Of a stretch of DNA of 64,000 nucleotides, positions 29,075 through 40,109 are shown one piece after another. The stretch is from Promethearchaeota archaeon (GTDB taxonomy: Archaea > Asgardarchaeota > Heimdallarchaeia > Hodarchaeales > Hodarchaeaceae). The DNA is taken from assembly GCA_048938105.1 (NCBI GenBank), contig JBHLMN010000023.1, positions 40,254 through 104,253 on the forward strand. The letters run 5' to 3'. How positions within the stretch are numbered: the stretch's first letter is position 1; each line of letters opens with the position of its first letter. The translations under genes were made by a program, and so were the position numbers. Below the pieces are notes generated by a model that was not told the origin of the DNA, searched no databases, and saw only the letters and a list, made by a program, of their open reading frames with translations.

Positions 29075-29965
29075 ATGGATCATAAAGAATCAAGTATCTC
29101 GGAGGGGGAAAAAACAGGGACTAAAAGTATGGTAGTTAAACTGTTAAACTGGCTACAAAAGGCTATTAAGCGAACTTTTAGTGGTCATAGCAGATCTACT
29201 TGGGTTTGGATAATTCTCTTCATAATTATTTTTATTGTTAGTGTAATAATTTTAATACTTCAATATCAAGATGACACATGGTTATTTTCTATAGTTGTTC
29301 GTTGGTTTATTGTACCCATAGTTGATTTAAAGGAATGGGGCTGGTTAATCTTTATTTTATTCATGGGTATTCAAGGTATATTAGTACCTATTCCATCAGA
29401 ACTTGTTCTTTTATCTTCTGGTCTTATCTGGGGTTTAATAGGAGGTACAATCCTAGGGATTATTGGCTCAATGGCAGCTGGGATTTTAACCTACTATATT
29501 GCTGTTCTTGGAGGAAGACCAATGATGGAAAGGTTTCTTGGTCAGGAAAATCTTGATGTTCTCGATTTTTATATTGGAAAATATGGAACAGCGGCTATTC
29601 TTGTAGCAAGAGCATTTCCTTTTATGGCTTTTGATCCCATTTCCTATGCGGCAGGATTTCTTAAAATTGAGTTCAGATCATACTGTATTGCAACTTTAAT
29701 TGGTTCAGTTATTCGGTGTGTGTTTTATGCCTGGTTAGGATCACTATTGATTCAAGGTGGGAATAGTGTGGAAGATGTTATTAATGATCCAATTGCGATG
29801 CAAACATTTATAGATGCTGGATCGACTCAATTCAACATATTACTCGCTATAATTGTGGTTATTCTAGGTTCTGCTTACTTATTTTACCAATTTATATTGA
29901 TGCCTTATCTAAGAAAGAAACACCTTGAAGCAACAACAGATAATTTCTCAACAATTGAGGACTGA
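29075..29965 (+). CDS. DedA/VTT (TVP38/TMEM64/TMEM41-like) membrane protein
   Basis: PIPSE, re-entrant helices, ARAFPFMAFDPISYAAG. Confidence 0.88.
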   Translation: MDHKESSISEGEKTGTKSMVVKLLNWLQKAIKRTFSGHSRSTWVWIILFIIIFIVSVIILILQYQDDTWLFSIVVRWFIVPIVDLKEWGWLIFILFMGIQGILVPIPSELVLLSSGLIWGLIGGTILGIIGSMAAGILTYYIAVLGGRPMMERFLGQENLDVLDFYIGKYGTAAILVARAFPFMAFDPISYAAGFLKIEFRSYCIATLIGSVIRCVFYAWLGSLLIQGGNSVEDVINDPIAMQTFIDAGSTQFNILLAIIVVILGSAYLFYQFILMPYLRKKHLEATTDNFSTIED

Positions 29966-30222
29966 ATTTTCAAGTTCCTATCGTACCTTTATTAACTACC
30001 GATTGAATAAAAATGGTAGAAACTTATCTAGAATTTCTGAAAATTTCAACAAGCTGGCTATATATCCTCTTTAGCGTCATCCCTAAAAGAAAAGTACTTA
30101 AGTCAAAGAGAAATATTCATGAATATTTGGGAGGAATATATAAGTAGAAATTTCATATCCTGAAGTAGGAATTATTCTAATTTACTCTTATGGAGATGAA
30201 GAAATAATAGGGAGTCTACGTC

Positions 30223-31929
30223 ATGGAACAGGCGGAATTGCGCGAAACAATTCAGGAAACACGATCTAGACTAGATTCAGATCATGAAATAGACGAATGG
30301 TTGACACTAGCTGATTTTCCTGATGATACACGGGTTAATTTAACTCCTCGGGGCCGTAGGTTTATTTTTCAAAAAGAGGTTGTTTTAAAAAGTCTTGAAC
30401 CTGTAGTTAGTCGTGCACAATGGTCTCGCTACCGTTCTAATCCCGAAATGTCAATTCCTCTTTCCACAATTCGTCTTTTAGTAGAAAATAAACGCGAGTT
30501 ACTCATGACATCTTTTACTGTGACAACAATTGGGAATAAGAAGAGCCCACTTTCTATAAAACTTCCATTAAAAACGCGTAGTAATTCCTTGACAAAGTTA
30601 TTGGCATTATTTGCTTTATCAAAAAATGTATTCAATACTGGTACTTATCAAACAAAAGATAAAAAACAGGTTGAGTGTTTAATAGAGACATTTGAATCGA
30701 TATTTGATTATTCTCTCTGCAGCAAAGAAGAGATTCCTCAAAATCAGAGAGGTTTCTACATCAAAATCCCGACACAAATATGTTCTGCTTTAGTTAAAGC
30801 ATTCACAGGGGAATTTCAGGCTAGTGTTCCACAAATTATTCGTTCGATCGGTAAATGTCAAGATGAAAAAGATATAGTAGATTTTATAATAACATGGCTT
30901 CAATTTTCAAGGATTTATCGTTCGGAGAGGGATCAGGAATATCTTTACAAGTTCCGTGTTACTGATGAAACTCGAGCTCTAATCGAACTTATCAAAAAAC
31001 TTGGTGTGAACTATAAGGATGGGGCGATCAGACATAGCAAAAAAATAGATGGTAAATATGTAGAGCATAATATTCCTGTATATCTGATCCCTAAAGAAAA
31101 AGATAATGAAGTGATCCTTAATACTCATTCGTCACGAGTTTCACGTCTTCAAGCTAAAATTCAGAACCAAGAGGCTTGGATTAGGGAATTAAAGGCCATC
31201 AAAGAGGATCTTGAGAATAAGCTGGAAAGAGTAACCCAGAGTAGCGATGCTAGCTTAACTTGGTCCAGAGCGGTAGACGAACGAGATAAAGAGAATCTCA
31301 CGGAAAAGCTAGAGGAATTTGATCGAATTCTTCAACATACTCGTCGAGAAACTGCAGAACTTAGACGGATTTTAGAAGAAAGCAATGAAATTGCTTCGGA
31401 GGATCCCATAATAATCGAAGACACAGCAGCACCTGATGTAATCAACGGCCTTGATCGTTTACGAAAAGAGGTTGATCGGTTAAAAGAACAATTAGCTGAA
31501 ATTAGTCGTCCACCTGCTTCAAGCAAAGAATTAAGCTATAGAGTTACTCAGGAAATCACTATGAAGTCAGAGTCGTCTCCTTTTCCTGTTATCGATGTAA
31601 ATTATTCTTCATTAATTAAGACCTTCTTGGCTCATCCTGATAACTGGGTTTTGTTCATATTGAGTATAGAACAGCCACTTACACAAGAACAGATACGAAA
31701 TATTTTAGGAATACCTGTAGAAAAACGAGTGGATCTACTCAAACGTCTTAATGATTTTGTGGATAGAAAAATTCTAAAAGTTGAAATTTCATCACAAGGA
31801 GAAGAAATCTATAAGATAGATAAATGGCAACAATCAGATCTTATTAGAGGTTATATCACGACTCTTTTGGGGAATAAAACTCTAGTACCACTAAAAATTC
31901 GACAATTAGTTCGTAATGTCTTACGTTAG
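30223..31929 (+). CDS. Hypothetical protein: degenerate LAGLIDADG-like domain, coiled coil, C-terminal winged helix
   Basis: 568-aa ORF with RBS; IKLPLK..LTKLLAL and VPQII..DFII pattern; long heptads at about aa 305-430; wHTH-like tail. Confidence 0.6.
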   Translation: MEQAELRETIQETRSRLDSDHEIDEWLTLADFPDDTRVNLTPRGRRFIFQKEVVLKSLEPVVSRAQWSRYRSNPEMSIPLSTIRLLVENKRELLMTSFTVTTIGNKKSPLSIKLPLKTRSNSLTKLLALFALSKNVFNTGTYQTKDKKQVECLIETFESIFDYSLCSKEEIPQNQRGFYIKIPTQICSALVKAFTGEFQASVPQIIRSIGKCQDEKDIVDFIITWLQFSRIYRSERDQEYLYKFRVTDETRALIELIKKLGVNYKDGAIRHSKKIDGKYVEHNIPVYLIPKEKDNEVILNTHSSRVSRLQAKIQNQEAWIRELKAIKEDLENKLERVTQSSDASLTWSRAVDERDKENLTEKLEEFDRILQHTRRETAELRRILEESNEIASEDPIIIEDTAAPDVINGLDRLRKEVDRLKEQLAEISRPPASSKELSYRVTQEITMKSESSPFPVIDVNYSSLIKTFLAHPDNWVLFILSIEQPLTQEQIRNILGIPVEKRVDLLKRLNDFVDRKILKVEISSQGEEIYKIDKWQQSDLIRGYITTLLGNKTLVPLKIRQLVRNVLR

Positions 31930-31954
31930 TTGATTGCTTTTCTAATTTTTAAGC

Positions 31955-32287
31955 TTATAAGTCATCAATTATTTTTAAGGCTCGTAACAATTCCTGTCTA
32001 TCAGAATCCTTTGCGACAAGAACATTTGTGGGTTTTTCTGGGGTTGGCTGTGATTCAAGGCCAGACGATGCAATTATATCAGCTTTATCGTCTGATATTG
32101 AAGATTTACTCAATCCAGAGATTTGGTTGAAATGCTCTTTTAATTTAATAATTTCTTCTTTAAGATTGTCTATTTTTTGATTTTGCTCCTTAATTTGGTC
32201 GCCAAGTAACCTTGCTACTTTTGTTAGAGTTTCAATTCTTTTCGCATTAATACTAATTGCTTCATCAATAGGTGCCATTAAAATCAC
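31955..32287 (-). CDS. Small coiled-coil hypothetical protein
   Basis: Heptad repeat over about 50 aa, linker, C-terminal amphipathic helix DRQELLRALKIIDDL. Confidence 0.65.
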   Translation of the reverse strand: MILMAPIDEAISINAKRIETLTKVARLLGDQIKEQNQKIDNLKEEIIKLKEHFNQISGLSKSSISDDKADIIASSGLESQPTPEKPTNVLVAKDSDRQELLRALKIIDDL

Positions 32288-32425
32288 ATATTAAGAATTC
32301 ATGATGAATCCATTCAATAACTAAATCTTCAAGTTACTATTATATGGGTTTAACTATATAATACATGAAATCTTTTTATCATTTGTTTATTTTTTACTTT
32401 ATATCCAATCCAATGGGTTCAAAGA

Positions 32426-34981
32426 ATGAAGCCAAATTCAGCGCAATGGGAGCAGGCACTGGAGGCAGACAAAGATTATTTTATATTAAGTACTGTGTAT
32501 GATGCGCAAACAAATGGTGCTGGAATCAAATTATATGATGTTGAAAAGAAAAAAGTGATATATGTCACTGATACATATGGTCATGAACCGTATTGCTTTA
32601 GTCGAGAACCACTTCAGAAAGTACAAGCAATTAAGTTTCCTCCTGGAACTGTAAAAAGGATTGAAACCATTATTAAAAGAGATATCCTGAATGAGATGGA
32701 TGAAGATCTCACACGAATTGTAACTCCCACACCTAGTGAAGTTCCTAAAGTAAGAGATATTATTGGAGATACATGGGAGTCTAGGATCAAATATCATCGA
32801 AATTGGATTTATGATGTTCAAATTGTACCTGGTAGGCGTTATTGGTGGGATCCTGGGAAAAAAAGATTTATTCAATCTCAAAGTATGAGTTCTGGGTTAG
32901 ATATTCCACAAACTATCATCGAGTATCTATCCAAGTATGAAGGTTTAATTGAAGTTTTTCGTGATGATTTTACGCAAGAAATTCCAGATATACCAATTGT
33001 GGCTTGTGATATAGAAACAGAGTACTCTAAAGGACAGATTCCTCAAGCAGCGGACCCGAAATTTCGAGTTATATGCATTTGTTTCGCTGATAGTGATGGT
33101 AACGAGATTGCTTTAGTACTAGATCGTAAGGGGATAGAAAAGGGTGAGAAACCCGATCAATTATCCCCTCATGTTCAAATTCAAAGGTTCTCTGATGAAT
33201 TGGCTCTTTTGAGGCAAGCTTTTGAAATTCTAAACAAGTATTCAATTATTGTTACTTTTAATGGAGACAACTTTGATTTTCCCTATCTTCACGAACGTGC
33301 CAAGTACCTTAAGATTGGTACTTATAGTCCTATCAAATGGAATCGTAGAGACAAAAGCTGTAACTTTAAGCAAGCAATACATTTAGATATGTATCGATTT
33401 TACCATAATGTTGCAATTCGGGGTTATGCATTTGGAAATCGTTATAGAGAGGAGACCCTTGATGCAATTGCTCAATCATTGTTAGGAATCGGTAAAATCC
33501 CGTTGACAAAGGAGATTTCAGAATTATCTGAATGGGACTTAATTTCGTATTGCGTACGAGATGCTGAAATTACTTTAAACCTTCTATTATTCGATAATAG
33601 AACACCTTTAAACCTAATATTTATTTTAGCTCGTATTTCTAGAACACCGATTGATGATTTAGTACGTACAAGCGTATCTAATTGGGTACGAAGTCTATTT
33701 TATTATGAACATCGTCGAAGGGGATATCTCATCCCGAATCAAGAAGATCTCTTAGTAAAAGGAATACATGCTAGTTCGGAGGCTATAATAAAAGGAAAAA
33801 AATACAAGGGTGCCTTAGTTATTGACCCTGTGCCCGGTGTTCATTTTAATGTAACAGTCATGGACTTTGCATCCCTCTATCCCTCCATCATTGGAACATT
33901 CAATTTAAGCTATGAAACTATAACCTGTCCTCATAAGGAATGTAGAAACAATATTGTACCCCAAACAGATTATTGGGTTTGTCAGAAGAATCGTGGGATA
34001 ATAGCTGACGTTATTGGTTTTATCAAAGATGTGCGTGTCCAATGGCTTAAACCTGAGTCCAAAAAAGATACTACTCATAAAACATTCTTACAGATTCTAG
34101 AAAGAAGCCTAAAAGTACTAATTAACGCGTCATATGGCGTGATAGGCAGTGACAGATTTCCGTTATACTGCCTTCCCGTTGCAGAGTCCACAACAGCTTA
34201 TGGACGAGATGCAATTGAAAAAACTATCAAAAAAGCACAGAGCTTGAATATTCAGGTTCTCTATGGTGACACTGACTCTGTCTTCCTTCAAAACCCCACT
34301 AAAGAACAGATCGATGTTATTATCAATTGGAGCCAGGAGAATCTAGGCGTGAGGTTGGAGATGGAGAAAATTTATAGGTATGTCGTTCTTTCAAAACGCA
34401 AAAAGAATTATTTCGGAGTATATCCTGATTCTAGCATCGATGTTAAAGGATTGATGGGAAAAAAAAGAAATACTCCTCCATTCCTACAGGAAGGATTCAA
34501 ACAGGTCTTAACCATCTTATCACAAGTCAATACAAATGAAGAATTTGATATAGCGAGAAAAGAAGTCATAGCATTAGTAAGAGAGATTTATCAGAAACTG
34601 GAAAAGCATTTTTACTCTGGAGAAGACTTAGCGATTACCATGCAACTGACCCAACCGCTAAAGAGATATAAAGTAAGAGCGCAACATGTGAAAGCTGCAA
34701 ACCAACTAGAGAAATATTATCAAGAACAATACAAAGATTCTCTTGATGAAAATAAACGTAAACGTTCTTTCATAAAAGCGGGGCAATTAATCTGCTTTGT
34801 TAAAACGAGAACAGCAGATCGTGTGACTCCTGTTGAATTAATGACTGACAAAACCAAGGTTGACGTGAAAGCATATAAATCGATGGTAGATTCAACGTTT
34901 GATCAACTATTAGGAGCACTAGATATCGATGTAGAAGAGGTTGCAACTGGCCAGGTAAATTTAATGGAATTCTTCGGTTAA
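32426..34981 (+). CDS. polB1: Family B DNA polymerase, PolB1 type
   Basis: DIET, FNGDNFDFPYL, DFASLYPS, K..INASYG, YGDTDS, KKNYFG; C-terminal PIP box QVNLMEFF. Confidence 0.95.
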   Translation: MKPNSAQWEQALEADKDYFILSTVYDAQTNGAGIKLYDVEKKKVIYVTDTYGHEPYCFSREPLQKVQAIKFPPGTVKRIETIIKRDILNEMDEDLTRIVTPTPSEVPKVRDIIGDTWESRIKYHRNWIYDVQIVPGRRYWWDPGKKRFIQSQSMSSGLDIPQTIIEYLSKYEGLIEVFRDDFTQEIPDIPIVACDIETEYSKGQIPQAADPKFRVICICFADSDGNEIALVLDRKGIEKGEKPDQLSPHVQIQRFSDELALLRQAFEILNKYSIIVTFNGDNFDFPYLHERAKYLKIGTYSPIKWNRRDKSCNFKQAIHLDMYRFYHNVAIRGYAFGNRYREETLDAIAQSLLGIGKIPLTKEISELSEWDLISYCVRDAEITLNLLLFDNRTPLNLIFILARISRTPIDDLVRTSVSNWVRSLFYYEHRRRGYLIPNQEDLLVKGIHASSEAIIKGKKYKGALVIDPVPGVHFNVTVMDFASLYPSIIGTFNLSYETITCPHKECRNNIVPQTDYWVCQKNRGIIADVIGFIKDVRVQWLKPESKKDTTHKTFLQILERSLKVLINASYGVIGSDRFPLYCLPVAESTTAYGRDAIEKTIKKAQSLNIQVLYGDTDSVFLQNPTKEQIDVIINWSQENLGVRLEMEKIYRYVVLSKRKKNYFGVYPDSSIDVKGLMGKKRNTPPFLQEGFKQVLTILSQVNTNEEFDIARKEVIALVREIYQKLEKHFYSGEDLAITMQLTQPLKRYKVRAQHVKAANQLEKYYQEQYKDSLDENKRKRSFIKAGQLICFVKTRTADRVTPVELMTDKTKVDVKAYKSMVDSTFDQLLGALDIDVEEVATGQVNLMEFFG

Positions 34982-35003
34982 GAATACCTTATTCTCCTCT
35001 GCT

Positions 35004-37274
35004 TTAGTAAGATTTCTTCTCTTCTGCCACAATGAATGTAATTTGAGTACTCTTGATACTATGAGCTAGGAACAATCTCTGAATCCACTCTTGTAATGGG
35101 GGAGGATCTGAATCCAGTATTTGATGCCATTGCTCATCAGTAAGACGGTTATTCATGGGATACTCAAATTCATAATAAGAAAATGTTCCTCCACGAATCA
35201 AGCGTAAATTGCCATCATGATCCTGAACCACAACGTAAATGACGAAAGGATCTCCAGTACCAACTTCCAGGATTTGCCCTGAATTGGGATCAGTGTGTAC
35301 ATCAGCAATGATAGCCATTCGGTCATCAACTTCATTCACCAAAGGTTTAGCAGTAGGATCATTATAATTTGCTAAGTTCGAAATAAGATTACCGCAGAAG
35401 TGAATGAAATTATAATCACTGTCATTTAAGGGTTCATTTTCTAATTCTTTGATACTAATTTCAACCAAGTGATCAAACAAATTTGCAATCGAGGCAAGTT
35501 TGTGACTAAAACCTTCAACAATTAAATCTCTGTCTTCTAAACCATGCTGCATAAGACGAACAAGGCTACTTAAACGAGCATAAACAGCAGGGTATGGTTC
35601 AACATATCCTTTCCTAATTTGAGGTATTGAATTGACAGTGAAGGATTGTTTAGCGTACAGGATGGTATCATGACGTAATTCCGCCCAAGAAGCCATAGCT
35701 GTCATCAATGCCTTGTCTGACCAAGCATCACTGAGCATGAAAGCAGGGAACCCCTTCTCTGCTGGATGTAATAAAGGAAAGAGCGTATAAAGCCACAACC
35801 AATAAAGGTTTTGAGTCCAATCATAATCAGTAAAATTGGCAAATTCCTTACGTAACTTAAGTATTTGGTCATCATAGCCTAAATAAGTTTGATTCTCATC
35901 TTTAAGATGAAAGGCAGCCCGAGAGCTCCCTAACACAGAGAAAACATCCAATCCTTTGGGCATGAAGCGCGTGGGGAGTTTGGTATACACTAGTTGTTGG
36001 AAAATGTAGGAATCAGGGATGAATCGTTGTCCCAAAAGACGAAAACCTTGCGTTATGTTTTCAGCTTCATTAGTGTCCCCAATAATCATTGAATTGATGT
36101 TCGGTTTGCGATAGTTCTTAGCAAGAGTAATGAATGTTTCAATCAGCGTATTATTTATTAATTGATCACCTTCCGGGGCTCCTAGTCCTTGCCAAATTTG
36201 ATAATACTCAACTGGGGTGAGATCATCGCACGTTCCCACATAGAAAACTGTTGGTTGATAGATACGATCCCAAATATCCCATACAGTTTCTTTCCCAGAG
36301 TTTAAGGTGGTATTAAAAGATGATAATAACAAGAGGGCCATTCTTGTATGTTGAATACCTGATTCTTGGAGGAGAAATCCCATTCGACCTGCATACATCA
36401 TAGCCTTGAAATAATCTGAAAGTATTTTGTTTCGGGTATAATGTCCCCGAACTTTATATTGAGTGTAATCCTCTTCATAACCAAAGATTGCAGAAAGAGC
36501 ACGTACACCAGCTTTAATATTGGTCAGTTCAATATTGACAAGAGTCTCAACCTCGTTGGGAATCAGGGTGGTGTTATCAAGGAGGTAGAGCATAACTGAC
36601 AAATAAGCGATGTTCTTCTCTAGACAATCACTTACAACATCTTCTGTGACGATTCCTTTCAAGACAAGTTGATCGTTTCTTAGCGTTTCAAGCATTATTT
36701 GGAAATCTGAGGCAAAATATGTTCCCTCTAAAACACGTAAGCTAATGTCATACAAGACATGATAAGCGTGTAAACAAAGATCGGTAGTAATAAACTTCGG
36801 AGAATAATCAAAATCAGAATCATAAAGATCATATATATCCTCATACCCTTCATCTACTAATGCAAAGCCATATTGATCAATTTGGTCGATTTCTTTATTT
36901 GAAAGAGTGAGTCCTTGAAAATTTACATTTGTTAAATTAGAATGTATTTGAACTAATGGAATTTGGGGTTCAAAAGACAATCCTTGAGGAGAATAATAAC
37001 CAAAATTCGTTCTAAGGGCATTGGTAATCTCATATTCTATTGCAGTTTCAGGAGACGTAGGAATATAATTTTCAGGTTCATCGGAAACCTCAGGTTCACC
37101 AGGAGAGTCTGGTATATAGGATGTTTCAGGTAAATCTGGAGTCATTGACATATTCAGAGGATTAAAAAATACTATGGCAACACCAAAGCCAAATAATATA
37201 ATGATGCTCCCAACAACAGAAAATAATAAACCATATTTGCGAAAATTACCATCTGGTGCCATTATTAAACACAA
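35004..37274 (-). CDS. DUF3160-family surface protein
   Basis: N-terminal TM; FITTD..LHAYH, DYTQYKVRGHYT, GQRFIPDS, SWAELRHDTILYAKQ, GYVEP, SYYEF. Confidence 0.88.
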   Translation of the reverse strand: MCLIMAPDGNFRKYGLLFSVVGSIIILFGFGVAIVFFNPLNMSMTPDLPETSYIPDSPGEPEVSDEPENYIPTSPETAIEYEITNALRTNFGYYSPQGLSFEPQIPLVQIHSNLTNVNFQGLTLSNKEIDQIDQYGFALVDEGYEDIYDLYDSDFDYSPKFITTDLCLHAYHVLYDISLRVLEGTYFASDFQIMLETLRNDQLVLKGIVTEDVVSDCLEKNIAYLSVMLYLLDNTTLIPNEVETLVNIELTNIKAGVRALSAIFGYEEDYTQYKVRGHYTRNKILSDYFKAMMYAGRMGFLLQESGIQHTRMALLLLSSFNTTLNSGKETVWDIWDRIYQPTVFYVGTCDDLTPVEYYQIWQGLGAPEGDQLINNTLIETFITLAKNYRKPNINSMIIGDTNEAENITQGFRLLGQRFIPDSYIFQQLVYTKLPTRFMPKGLDVFSVLGSSRAAFHLKDENQTYLGYDDQILKLRKEFANFTDYDWTQNLYWLWLYTLFPLLHPAEKGFPAFMLSDAWSDKALMTAMASWAELRHDTILYAKQSFTVNSIPQIRKGYVEPYPAVYARLSSLVRLMQHGLEDRDLIVEGFSHKLASIANLFDHLVEISIKELENEPLNDSDYNFIHFCGNLISNLANYNDPTAKPLVNEVDDRMAIIADVHTDPNSGQILEVGTGDPFVIYVVVQDHDGNLRLIRGGTFSYYEFEYPMNNRLTDEQWHQILDSDPPPLQEWIQRLFLAHSIKSTQITFIVAEEKKSY

Positions 37275-37583
37275 AGATATTATCTAAGATACAATACTCC
37301 TTTCAACCAAGGTCTTAAAAAAACTATATATTAGAACATACATCTCTCTATTATAGGATAAAACTTAACATCACAAATATTTTACGTTAAAATTTTCTTT
37401 TTCAGGTAGATCGTCGGATAGTTTTACCGTTTTTTATATTAAAATACATAAATAAGAACACCATAAATAAAATCCATTTTTAATTGGTTGGCCCGCATAT
37501 TATGAAGCTTTTGAAATGATAGAATGATTAGGTTCACTCTATAGTAGCTAATTCAATATCTAGTTTCTTAAATGTATTTTTGG

Positions 37584-38963
37584 TTAATTTGATTTCCATC
37601 CGAGTTTAAAAATAGAAAAGCCCTCAGTTTGATTCAAGTGAGGGAAGAGACGCTGCGCTAAAGGAAATTCTGGGCTAGATCTCCCAATAAAGATCTTCTG
37701 GGGTTGAAGAACAAAGTCTGGATGATTTTCCAGAAATTGCTTAATGACTGATTCATTTTCAATGGGATGAAGCGAACAGGTCGCATAAACGATTGATGCG
37801 GTCGGTGTTTTTTTAAGGACGGTAGAAGCATTCGACAATAAAGAATATTGCAATTGGCTCAACCATTTGGTTTGGTGACGATCAACACGCCATTTGGCAT
37901 CAGGCCTGGATGCAAAGGTACCTGATCCAGAACAAGGGGCATCTACTAAAATTTTATCAAATTTAATTCGAAAATTCAACCTCAATCGGAGATCATATTG
38001 AATTGGTGATATACTTTCCATCTTTAAAGCTTTGAACTTCGTTACTAATTCCGTTAATCTTCGAAAATGATTGTCTAGAGCAATAATAGCTCCTGAATCC
38101 TGTTGTAACGTTGCAATGTGAAGTGTTTTCCCACCAGGGGCTGCACAAGCATCTAATACTACCTCTCCATTCTGGGGGTCTAAGATATGAGAAATAAGTG
38201 CTGATCCTTTGTCTTGTATATAATATAATCCCTTCGTGAAAGATGGGAGTCGTGGAACAGGGGTTTTCCAAGAAAGGACTCTCACCACATCAGAAAGGTG
38301 CTGATCTTGTTCGATTTCTACTCCTTCCTCTCTCAATTGATCAATAGTTTCCATTTTTTTATGATTCAATAGATTAAGTCGTAAATAAACTGGTTTAATA
38401 AGATTATTTGAGTCTAAAATTTTTATAGTTGTTTCAAATCCATAAAAATCCATCCAATCACGGACTAACCATGTGGGATGGAAAAATTGAACAGCTAGTT
38501 TTTCTTCAGGGTCATCAATTGTTTCAATGAATGAGCTTAAATCCCAATTCTTCAAGATTTCAAAATAATTTCCAATTAAATGAGTTAAATTAGGATCATT
38601 AATTGAATTTAAAGTGATTTTAAGAGCTATTTCAACAAGGTGATCATTTTCAATGTCAGAGGAAAATGTTAAAAGATATGTTATAACCCGTAACAGATTA
38701 CGTAATTGTATTGGGATTTTATCTGCAAGAAATCTCTGAAAATTAAGGTGAAGAATCCGATTGAGAACATTTTGACGTCTTACGGTTTCAAATACCAGAG
38801 CATGGACTTGTGAATAAATCTTTGGAGTTACAGGTTCCAAAGATGTTGGGATGATCTTCATAGCATTTCTTAAAGAAACCTGGTTCTCCTCATAATACGT
38901 TATTATGGTTGCTGCTGACTCGATAATAGCTTGATGACTTTTTGAATCAGCTATACTATTCAA
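37584..38963 (-). CDS. RsmB/NOP2 family RNA m5C methyltransferase
   Basis: DACAAPGGKT, DAPCSGSG, YATCS...ENE. Confidence 0.94.
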   Translation of the reverse strand: MNSIADSKSHQAIIESAATIITYYEENQVSLRNAMKIIPTSLEPVTPKIYSQVHALVFETVRRQNVLNRILHLNFQRFLADKIPIQLRNLLRVITYLLTFSSDIENDHLVEIALKITLNSINDPNLTHLIGNYFEILKNWDLSSFIETIDDPEEKLAVQFFHPTWLVRDWMDFYGFETTIKILDSNNLIKPVYLRLNLLNHKKMETIDQLREEGVEIEQDQHLSDVVRVLSWKTPVPRLPSFTKGLYYIQDKGSALISHILDPQNGEVVLDACAAPGGKTLHIATLQQDSGAIIALDNHFRRLTELVTKFKALKMESISPIQYDLRLRLNFRIKFDKILVDAPCSGSGTFASRPDAKWRVDRHQTKWLSQLQYSLLSNASTVLKKTPTASIVYATCSLHPIENESVIKQFLENHPDFVLQPQKIFIGRSSPEFPLAQRLFPHLNQTEGFSIFKLGWKSN

Positions 38964-38991
38964 TTTGACTCATCGTCCTTTAATGAAACAA

Positions 38992-40092
38992 TTAAGTTTC
39001 CTTTTGTATTCTGAGTAATCTACCATTATAAGATATACCCTCAAAGGTATCTCCTTCTGAAAGGTCAGATATTTCACTAGAATCAATGTAATGGGTCTCA
39101 AAATTCTCGGTATTCATGACTTGAGCAATCATTCCTCCCTTTTCAAAGTTTACTAATTGAAATTGCTTAAAATCCTCATCTAAAATTTGTGGTTTAGAGG
39201 TGATAAATGATTTTATAGGCAGCTTTACCTTAATTTTTTTCTTAAAATCCCAAAATTCCACTTTAGAGTTGTACCCCAAAATTTTAATTGGTTCTTGCTT
39301 TAAAATGACTATATCTCCAGGATTAAATTCTGGTAGTGTGATTAATACGACGGGTTTGCGTGGGTATTCCTTAGATTTCGATTTATCAAATCCTGCAAAT
39401 TCCGTGGTTACACTAGTGAAACCACCATGTTTTTTAGCAAATTCACGTGCCACAGAATTAGCAGTTGATTTTGTTTGAAAGAAAGCATCCAATCCTGATC
39501 TCAAAAAGTCTATTCTGAAGAGAGGATTTTTTCCATCAGATTGCAGAAAAGACTGACTAATCGTTTCAATTTCATCACTCCAAGTTTCTAATTGTTTATT
39601 GTCAACCTTTTTCGGCGATCTAATCTGAATTTTAGACGAATAAGATCCTGAAAGGCGATCTCTACATTCAGAACACCTTCCCCATTCAGTATGTATTGTG
39701 AAGTTTTCTGAAATAGTCATCAATGGAACAAACGCGTCAGGACTCGCACTAATTTCTACTGAACCATTGATAGCTGTTACCTGACCTTCCTCACTAGATT
39801 CAATGTTTACATCACGAATCTGGATTTGATGGGGCCGATAATAAAAAGTCCATTCTTGAAAAAGGAGCTTGGACAGATTTGTGTTTAATGCAGGTTTTCC
39901 AATATCAGCAACCAGGAAATTTGTCCAGTGTCCCTTTATAGAAAGTAACTCACAATTTTCACACGCAGTAATATAAATATCACTCTTTTGTTTCAAAATT
40001 GGATGATTTTCGAGATAACATTGTTGACATAACCGACTGAAGAAAATTTTGTGAGAACCGCACACAATACATTGGGGTGCCACATTATCCAT
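38992..40092 (-). CDS. nmd3: NMD3-related ribosome biogenesis protein
   Basis: CxxC pairs, C..C.....G.YSSKIQIR; GGAGG RBS before ATG 40092; aIF2b-DUF424-NMD3 synteny. Confidence 0.88.
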   Translation of the reverse strand: MDNVAPQCIVCGSHKIFFSRLCQQCYLENHPILKQKSDIYITACENCELLSIKGHWTNFLVADIGKPALNTNLSKLLFQEWTFYYRPHQIQIRDVNIESSEEGQVTAINGSVEISASPDAFVPLMTISENFTIHTEWGRCSECRDRLSGSYSSKIQIRSPKKVDNKQLETWSDEIETISQSFLQSDGKNPLFRIDFLRSGLDAFFQTKSTANSVAREFAKKHGGFTSVTTEFAGFDKSKSKEYPRKPVVLITLPEFNPGDIVILKQEPIKILGYNSKVEFWDFKKKIKVKLPIKSFITSKPQILDEDFKQFQLVNFEKGGMIAQVMNTENFETHYIDSSEISDLSEGDTFEGISYNGRLLRIQKET

Positions 40093-40109
40093 TGTAGGCC
40101 CTCCAATAC

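Noticed and set aside
32426-34981. Intein in PolB
   Set aside because: Normal length and contiguous motifs
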